This document shows, piece by piece, positions 56,641-64,000 of a stretch of 64,000 nt of DNA. The position numbers were made by a program, and so were the translations under genes. The stretch comes from Diplonema japonicum (taxonomy: Eukaryota; Protista; Euglenozoa: Diplonemea): positions 248,001 to 312,000 of the forward strand of contig OZ025671.1 of the NCBI GenBank assembly GCA_964019335.1, in the 5' to 3' direction. The notes under the pieces were generated by a model. It saw nothing but the letters and a program-made list of their open reading frames with translations. It ran no database searches and was not told the DNA's origin. Position 1 is the first letter of the stretch. Each line of letters starts with the position of its first letter.

Positions 56641-56829
56641 TGGTCATCATGTATATACTGTAAAGAAGAATGCTTGAGAGCGCGGGAGGACAATGTGAAG
56701 GGAAAATGGAAAGATTGCAACGAAGACCAGATGGAAAGGAGGAGAAAAAAAGAAAAGGCACACTGCACCGAATAACGAAATATTAAAACCGAAACACGCG
56801 GGCATAAAAGGAAAAGAAAGCAACAACAA

Positions 56830-56884
<55 letters not shown>

Positions 56885-56964
56885 AACAACAAAAAAGATT
56901 CACTACGTGTTAACGACCCGTCTTAAAAAAAAAAAAAGAAAAACAAGAAAGAAGAAGGCACTTT

Positions 56965-59900
56965 TCAATCACTCGATGACGAATCAGCAAACATTGATGC
57001 GGGCATTTTTTTGGAGGTTACGGTTGAACGTTTCGCGGTGGGCTTGGGACGCGCTGGTGCCTCTGACTCTGAACTGTCACTCTCGAACATAGACTTGCTG
57101 CGTGCCTGCGAGAGGATAGAAAGAAAAAACTATTCTTTTAAGGTATGCGTTTTTGCGCTCACCGGCCGCGCTGTACTTAGTCCCCGTTGTCCCCGTTCTA
57201 GGGGCTCTGGCGGGTTCCTACTGCGGTGGTAAAACTGCGGGCAGCCTTGTCGGGGTCTGCGACAGGTACGTGTCACGCAAGCCTTCGATGCTGCTCACGG
57301 TTCGCTCCGGGAGTACTGGCCTCCTGTCATACCCGTGTGTGGTCGGTCCTCCTATACAGCGCAGGGAGTTGACGCGATCCACTCGCGCTGCTGGGAACGC
57401 CGTCCTTCTGCCATCAGCGTGGTACAGGTCCTGGACACGTCTCAGCACACCTCAGCCTCCTTGCCTTGACGCCCAGGTCCTCCACCTTGCCCACTTCCCC
57501 GCCGTCGTCTAGCGGCAGCTCCATCTCCCGCTCGAAGTCGAGGGCAAGCTCCAGCGTCGTAACCGTCGTGTACCGTCCATCCCACAGCAAGCCACTCAGC
57601 CACCTCAGCACCGGCCCCAGCAGCCTGTCCATCACCTTCCCCGATGCTCCCAGCCCACGTAATTCGGCCACCGTCGGCGTCGGGTGTGCCCTTCCCGTCA
57701 CGACCACCCGCCACGGGTATGTCTGCGTCTGCAATGCGCGGTTCGCTTCCACCGCCGTATCCCTCAGCGTGACCACCTCCAGCAGGTGCCTTTGCACCAA
57801 CAGGGCCCTCGGCTCGTCTTGGCATCCCCTGGGCACTATGTACACTGCAAACACCGCCCCAGCAAAAAAAAAAAAAAAAAAACACTGGAAAAGAACAAAC
57901 CTTCCCCGTCTTTGGAACGACTTTTGTAACTTTCTTCCGTGCGATCGGCTCGTCACTGGAGCTGTCGGAATCACTCACAGTGACTCGGGCTGCAGCAGGC
58001 TTCGCCCGTGCAAGCGGCTCGGAATCGTCGCTGCTGCTATCCATAATTAATGATTTGGACCGCGGCTGTGTTGTTAAGATAACTTTAACTTTCTTTATTG
58101 ACATCACACCTTAGCAACAGAGGACGTTTTTGCAGGAGGTTTTCTTGACTTGAACATGTCGTCGGAGCTGGAGTCGGAGGAGTCTGTAATGAGAGACTTC
58201 CCACGTGTACGGGGTGGAGGTGCCTTTTTGACAGGGATCTCGGAAGAAGAGTCATCAGACGAATCAGACACCGCAATGAGTGACCTCCCTCTAGGCTTTG
58301 CAGCGGCCTTTACAGGCGGAGCAGGTTCATCACTGCTTGACTCGTCACTCTCGCTTGAGTCCATATGAAGCGATCTACCTCGCAACCTGCCAGCAGTGGC
58401 TGGCGATGCTGCTTTCACTGCAGGCTTTGCGAACATCCCATCCGACGAGTCGCTGTCGCTGCTCGACACCAGTAGAGACTTCCCCCTCTGCCTTAAAGGT
58501 GCTTTCGCGGGCTCCTCTTCACTGGACATCTCAGCTACTATTTCCTGGCCTATCTTCTCCTGTACGGTTGGTTTCTGAGAGCCCTCTGTGCGCATACCCT
58601 GAACGAGAACGTCAGCTTCGTCTGCCCTTCGGTCGCCTTCTTCACGTCTTCTGTCACATTCACAGCAGTGCCATTAATGTGCGTCAGTATCATGTTCATC
58701 GCTTTCGTGAACCCACACCTCTCTGCAGGTGTGCCCGCTGTAATGCTCGTCACCTCCTGTTTTGTGTTAGATCTACAGGTCGCCTCATGGCATACCATAT
58801 TCTTGACGTTAAAGCCAAACTTTTCATCAGCGACCCGTGTCATCTCCAGGTGCAGCTCCGCCACGTCGACACTCGCATCGGAGTCAGACTCGGAGTCAGA
58901 GATATGTTGCGTGGGGCGTCGCCCATCTGCTGGTGTCTGCCTTGAGGCCTGCACTGGCATGAAGTCGGAGTCAGAGGAAGAGTCAGCTTTGTTCTCTTCC
59001 CCGCCCTCCGAGTACCGAGAGAAGGCACGTGATCTTTCCGCCTGCGGCACTTTCGACTTGGATACCGCGACAGCCTTGACGGACGCCTCGTCAGAGCTGC
59101 TGGAGTACACAGGTGGTGCTGGCTTTTCTTCAGGAGTCTCAGGTCGTGTCGTAGCGAAGGCAGCAAGAGGGTCCTCGTCCATTGCATCACCGACAGAGGC
59201 AGACTTCTCATCGGAGTCGCTCGATAGGTACGCGGTCCGAGTGGGTCGGGGAGGCGCTTTCACAGGTGCTGCCATAGACTCTGAATCGCTTGAACTCTCG
59301 AAAGCAATTTTCGTAGAGGACTTTGCAGCAGGCTTAGGTGCCGGCACTTCAGACTCCGAGTCGCTTGAACTCTCGAAAGTAGTTCTCGTAGAGGACTTTG
59401 CAGCAGGCTTAGGTGCCGGCACTTCAGACTCCGAGTCGCTTGAACTGGATATTGCAGGCCTAGGCACTTTAGGCATTGGAGGTGGGGCTGCTGGCTTCTG
59501 TTCAGGCTCTAACTTGGGGGTCGACTCCGTTGTTGAAGGAAGATGCGTCTTTTTGCTCTTCCCCTGCGGTTGGATAGACTCTGACTCGGAAGAAGAGTAG
59601 AAGGTGTTGTTGGTGGTCTTGGGAGCAGGCTTAGGTGCTGCTTTGAATTCTTCTTCACTCGACGACTCCCTCGCAACTGCCGGCAGGGCCGCAGGTGCTG
59701 GGACATCAGCCGGTTTTTCACTGCGGAAAATCTCTTCGTCTGAACTCCTGGGAGACGTTTTATGCTTTCTCAACTTCTTCTCTTTCCCCCCGTTCACGGG
59801 TTTGGGGGGTTGGTCGGGGCTAATGTCCTTCTTATTCAGTTTAACAGCAGTGATGATCTCTTCGTTCCTTGCCCTCAGGTCAGCGAGGCGCGTGATTGAC

Positions 59901-61255
59901 TCTTGCTTCGTGTTGTCGAGGAGGTATGTGAGGGTAGAGATGCGGTCTGTGGCTATCGTCTCCTGCTCCGTTAGCTTCCTCTCAAGCTCATCAAGTTGGG
60001 CAGCTTGCGTTTTCGACAAAATATCGAGAGCTTCACGTGTCTGTTGCTCTTCCTGTAGCTGGTTGGTCACGGTCAGCATCGTGTGCTCAAGCTCAGCGAC
60101 CTTAGCCTCCAAGCTCCCCTTTGCGGCACCCAGTGTTTCGACCTCCCTCGTCAGCATGTCTAGATCTCCTAGTTTCCACTGCGCATCGGCCAGCTCTTCT
60201 TCCAGTGCAGCTTTTTGCTGTGAGGCAAGCTTCCTGTCTGCTTCTGCTTCTTCTGCCCGCGCCGTGACCTCCACGGTCTGTTGCGCCAGTTGAGCGAACC
60301 TCTCCGCCCTGCATGCCTCAGCGTAGAAGGTCCTCGACATGATCGTTGTCAGCTGGTGGTGCGCGTCGCTCAGCGACGTCCTCTGCTGCGGGTTAGCCGA
60401 CAGCAGGCCCTTCACGAAGCGGGCGACTTCCTCGCTGACGCCAGTAACAGGTAGGTATGAAGCTTCGGTAGCGTACTGCGCGCCGTGTTGATAGGGGTAC
60501 GCATGGCCTGTGAGCATCCTGTGCAGGACAAGCCCCAGGCTGTATGCATCAGTCTGTTCGTAGTCGAGGGTCACGCCTCTCCCTGCTTGGGCTGAGAGGA
60601 GCTCAGGTGGCAGAACTGCTTCGTCACCCCGATGTGTGTATCTAGAGAGGTACAGCATTTTCCATCCGCCTTCGCTGGAAGCAGACCTAGCATCAAAGCA
60701 AGAGGCGAAACCGGTGAGCTTAGTTGTGAACGAAGCATCGACGTAAATGGTGTCGGGGCTCACAGCACGGTGGCAAACACCATGCTGCTGCAGGTGCGCG
60801 AGAGCGGAAACGAGCTGCGATGCGAGAGTAAGCACTTCACGCACGGGGAAAGGGGCCGTGCGCTCTGTGATAACGGTTGAGAGAGGCTTGCCACAGCTTT
60901 CTGTGATCACAAACAAAGCCCGTTCCCACTCACTAATGTGCCTCGCACTCGTGACCACTTGCCCAGCTGCATCGATGAATGAATGCAGCGCCCGCGCGAT
61001 GCAGGGATGCCCCGGAACTCTTGTACCACTTGCAAAGCCGTACTCCGCAGCCACTGTGTCTCCCATTCCCAGGTTCGAAGGCTCCTGTTCGTTGTATATC
61101 ACAGTCATAAGCACATCTCTCTCAGCCTGTATTGCCCGTGCATTGTACCCCACCGCCTTCACGCCACCATTCACATCCCTCCTTCCCAACGGTGCAGCTA
61201 CCCTGTAGTCGCTAAGCCTTGTCCCTCTCAGGCCAAATCCATAACTCTCTTCCAT
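56965..61255 (-). CDS. PINK1-like pseudokinase with a coiled coil, Ser/Asp-rich repeats and a PDZ-like domain; introns 58560-58597, 58066-58109, 57106-57900
   Basis: HPCIARALHSFID, QLVSALAHLQQHGVCHRAVSPDTI, TGFASCF, PPELLSAQAGRGVTLDYEQTDAYSLG; PDZ-like EKFGFNV..AGTPAERCG..LTHING; introns restore the frame to TGA at 56965. Confidence 0.8.
57130..57863 (-). mobile_element. 5'-truncated, frameshifted copy of a third related LINE family inside intron 3 of the kinase gene
   Basis: QRHLLEVVTLRD..YPW..LRWLSGLLW..VTTLELALDFE and FPAARVDRVNSLRCIGG..GYDRRPV align by eye with the ORF2 C-termini of elements A and B; bounded by T19 and T6. Confidence 0.88.
59286..59446. repeat. 75-bp coding tandem repeat (SSSDSESEVPAPKPAAKSST..FE)
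   Basis: About 2 near-identical units seen directly. Confidence 0.85.
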
Positions 61256-61397
61256 TAAGTGGTGCCCAACCTTTTCGTTTTAATCGTTGGTTGTTGAAAC
61301 GAAGCAAATGAAAATACTGAACTAAACATGGAACAAACAAAAGAAAAGACAAAATGGGGCAACAAGGGGGTTCATAGTACAAAGAGTGGAGAACGTG

Positions 61398-64000
61398 TTA
61401 GTAACTTGCCATGCGGTCGGCCCCTCTGCACCGTCCGCGTAAGCCAAGCGAGGGCGAGAGGACTTGCGGGGATGGGGAGGGGGATCTGTGCCGTGACTGC
61501 TTGAGGAAGTTGGTATGTTTAGGGGGTGGGGAGACCTGCGGGGAAGAAATGGGAGAAGAAGAAGATGAAAAATGACGAGAAGAGGACTTGATACGACTGA
61601 CGCGCGCCAAGGCCTCGGTAAGAAGACGTTGTTTTTTGGTGTTCTTGTTCAGCAATGCGGACGCATCATTAACTGCTGAGACGGCATCATGCCCGCAGGT
61701 CGGACACCCTATAACTTCATGAACAACAGGTTCGTCAACCAAGGCAACAGCAGCCCTCCATCTTGCAGCCTCACTTGCCTGTTTTTTTCTTCTTTTTGAT
61801 TTACTACAGTTCTCCTCATACCTGTGATGCCAAGCGACTCTCCAAAGCGGTGAGACGCATATCCCTCTCCAGCGACTGCACACGTGCCTCAAAGTCATGT
61901 TGTACAAGAGGACTACTGCCTCGTTTCGGTGGGCTAGGCGACCGGCGTATCCGCCCTGCCTCCAACGTGTGTCGCAGGGCAGCTAGCTCATGTCTGTGTG
62001 CAGACACTTCTGCACGCAACTCAGAAGCTTCATCTTTTGAAAGACACTGCTGTGCGCTGTGCATGTCATACTTCGGCGAAGCAGGAGGTGACGGAGGTAT
62101 CCGCGGTGGTGGCTCAGCAAGTTTTGCATCCACTCTTGCAAGTGCCTGATCAGCTGCACGCAACATGCTTAAAACATCAGCGTTGTCATCAGAGGGAACG
62201 AAGGGTGTGAGCGGTATAGCGGGGGAGGGTGTTCTAGGTGCTTCAGCCTCGCTAGCACATGGGGAAGCACGTCCACAAGACGAAGCTGTGCATTCCGACG
62301 GCGGCTGTGTGCATGCAGACTCGACCGTTCGGAAACGAGGAAGCGGAGATTGAATAGCTGTCTTTCTTGACAAGATAGCTGCATCAAGTGACTTGTTCGG
62401 GACTCTTGCGGTGTCGCGTGCTGCTTTTCTCCATGACGCCGATTCCTCCCCTGTGATGTTTTCCCATTGCATCTTCTCCTCCAGGGAGGTTTCGTTTCGC
62501 AGATAGGCTTCGTCACTCGTCACGGTGTTGAGCTGCTTGTTGGTTTCACGCATCAGCCCGACCCCCAGCCACCGGCCCATCTCAAACCATTTGTCATCCT
62601 CGTCATCTTCGATCTTCTCACGGATTGTCTCCTCCAGCGACATAATTGCCTTTCTGCAGTCCTCTTCCGAACCGAGTCTCTCACTGAGCATTTTCCTTGT
62701 GCCGAACAGCTCATTGGTCATCAGGATCTCTAAATCATAGCGAGCGTCGTCTTCCTCTGCTTGTATGGTTTTCCTGTCTGCTGTCTCCTCGTGGGCAAAG
62801 TCCTGCCTCTCCTGAGCACGTGCTGATTTCGCATCCTCAATCTTTCTTCTTATTTTCATTTTACTAGAAGCAGCAGCGGTCACAAGAACATTGTGCTCCT
62901 CCATCTGCTTCTTTAGAAGCGCGTCCCGTCCTGGCGTCTCTTCCTTCATCAGTTGGTACCTAGCTGTTTGCTTCCATGTCAAGGCAACCCACTGTGCTTC
63001 TTCGTCGTCTTTGAGCTTCATGCGCACTCTTGTCTCTCCTCTCTCAACATCTCTTCTGGCCTTCAAAACAAGAACATGCTTCTTCTCCTCTTGCACTCGG
63101 CTGCTTAAAGCCATCCGTGCCGCCTCTTGCAGTCTCTCCACCTCCTTCCTAGCGACATCTTCGTCTTTCTCTGTTGTCCTGCATGCTGCCCTGAGGCGCA
63201 GTATCCTCTCCTTGTAGCGTGCCTCGCACTGCACCCTGCTGACCTCGTCCATCTTCACCAGCGGCTCAGCATTCATTTGCTCTTCGCGCATGATTTGCAC
63301 TCTGTCCATCTCTTCCTCTTTCACGAGCATTGCCAGAGCCGATTTGAACTGCTCTTTCATCTCCTCTTGGTACAGGAGGAGGGGGCTGTTATCTTCTGTG
63401 ATTCGAATGGTGCCTGTGATCTTGCCGCTCACTTTGATACCACCACGACCTAGGAAGCCTGTGAAAGACACGGGCTTGCCTACGTTCGCAACGGCATCCG
63501 ACAGCATGACACGTGTTGTCCCGATTAGCTCGTCCTTGTCGCGAAGCGAGAGTAACAAATACTGCCGTGCAAGATTCTCTGCAGAATGGGTTATTGGATC
63601 CATCACTGCAAAGGCGCCGCCGTGGTACTCAGCACCTTCAGGACGCAGCTCAGGGCTTCGTGCGGAAGGCATTTCTGCAAACGGGGCCCATGCTGAGATG
63701 TGGGCCTTGAGTGACAGTTTCTTAATATCGTAGGAAACGACGCATTTGTCCACCATGACAGCCCGCTTGGCGCATGGCCTTGAGAACGCTTCGCAGAAGA
63801 GCAGCTGCGTGTCGAACTTGAACGCAGCACACGTTGCAGGCATCCCCGCTACGTCGTGTGCAGCGTAGTTCGTAGGCCGCATGTCGTATAAAGGCAATGA
63901 CTTCCACATCACGCGTTGCTCCAGCGACGCATGCTGCAGCTCGTTGCTCAACGTTAGGTCCCCTTCGTTGAAGCCGTCCAATATGTTTCCCACAGCCACT
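61398..64000 (-). CDS. Large coiled-coil protein, 5' partial; possible C2-like domain; intron 61779-61821
   Basis: 727-aa open frame running off the window end, joined to the 61398 frame by a GT-AG intron (ASQ|ASEAARW); YLLLSLRDKDELIGTTRVMLSD C2-like segment. Confidence 0.75.

Noticed and set aside
6292-61821. Non-canonical (euglenid or marine-diplonemid type) introns
   Set aside because: Every frame break examined was resolved by a GT-AG intron.
109-63733. Plus-strand ORFs from the ORF track
   Set aside because: They are antisense shadows of minus-strand genes or homopolymer translations, with no recognisable motifs.
1-64000. tRNA or rRNA genes
   Set aside because: No cloverleaf, T-loop consensus or rRNA-like segment was recognised by eye; a covariance-model scan would be needed to exclude them fully.

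Overview
Eukaryotic nuclear DNA from a euglenozoan, most likely a diplonemid. Three genomic copies of a Diplonema-type spliced-leader (SL) exon (minus strand, CCAACGATTCTAAAGCTACAGTTTCTGTACTTTATTG) are present. About 22 host genes all lie on the minus strand, which suggests one unidirectional, trans-spliced cluster. Many carry tiny (mostly 31-68 nt) GT-AG introns that are often A-rich, and the intergenic DNA is dominated by homopolymer runs. Recognisable genes: PSP1-domain protein, APC amino-acid permease, threonine aldolase, Na/Ca exchanger, two FYVE proteins, PPR protein, PLAC8 protein, sAC-type adenylate cyclase, UBE3C-like HECT ligase, XRCC1, metallophosphoesterase, RING E3, VDAC, ORC5/Cdc6-like protein and a PINK1-like pseudokinase. 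The most striking region is 39153-52715, which holds two distinct, apparently intact APE-RT non-LTR retrotransposons head-to-tail. In both, ORF1 and ORF2 are in the same frame, separated by a single TGA and a stop-free linker. Element A follows the linker with a 2A/StopGo-like peptide (GIEPHPGP) and has a catalytically dead OTU domain at the start of ORF1. Element B has a ubiquitin-tail-like WRGG in the linker, directly before an intact OTU protease. This suggests a readthrough-then-release expression system with two alternative release devices (inference, untested). The elements end in poly(T), not poly(A), and sit in T tracts; element A starts with a retroposed SL. A short SL-headed T-tailed retroposon, a 5'-truncated LINE in an intron and a hAT deletion derivative in an intron are also present. 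All domain calls are by eye, without database searches.
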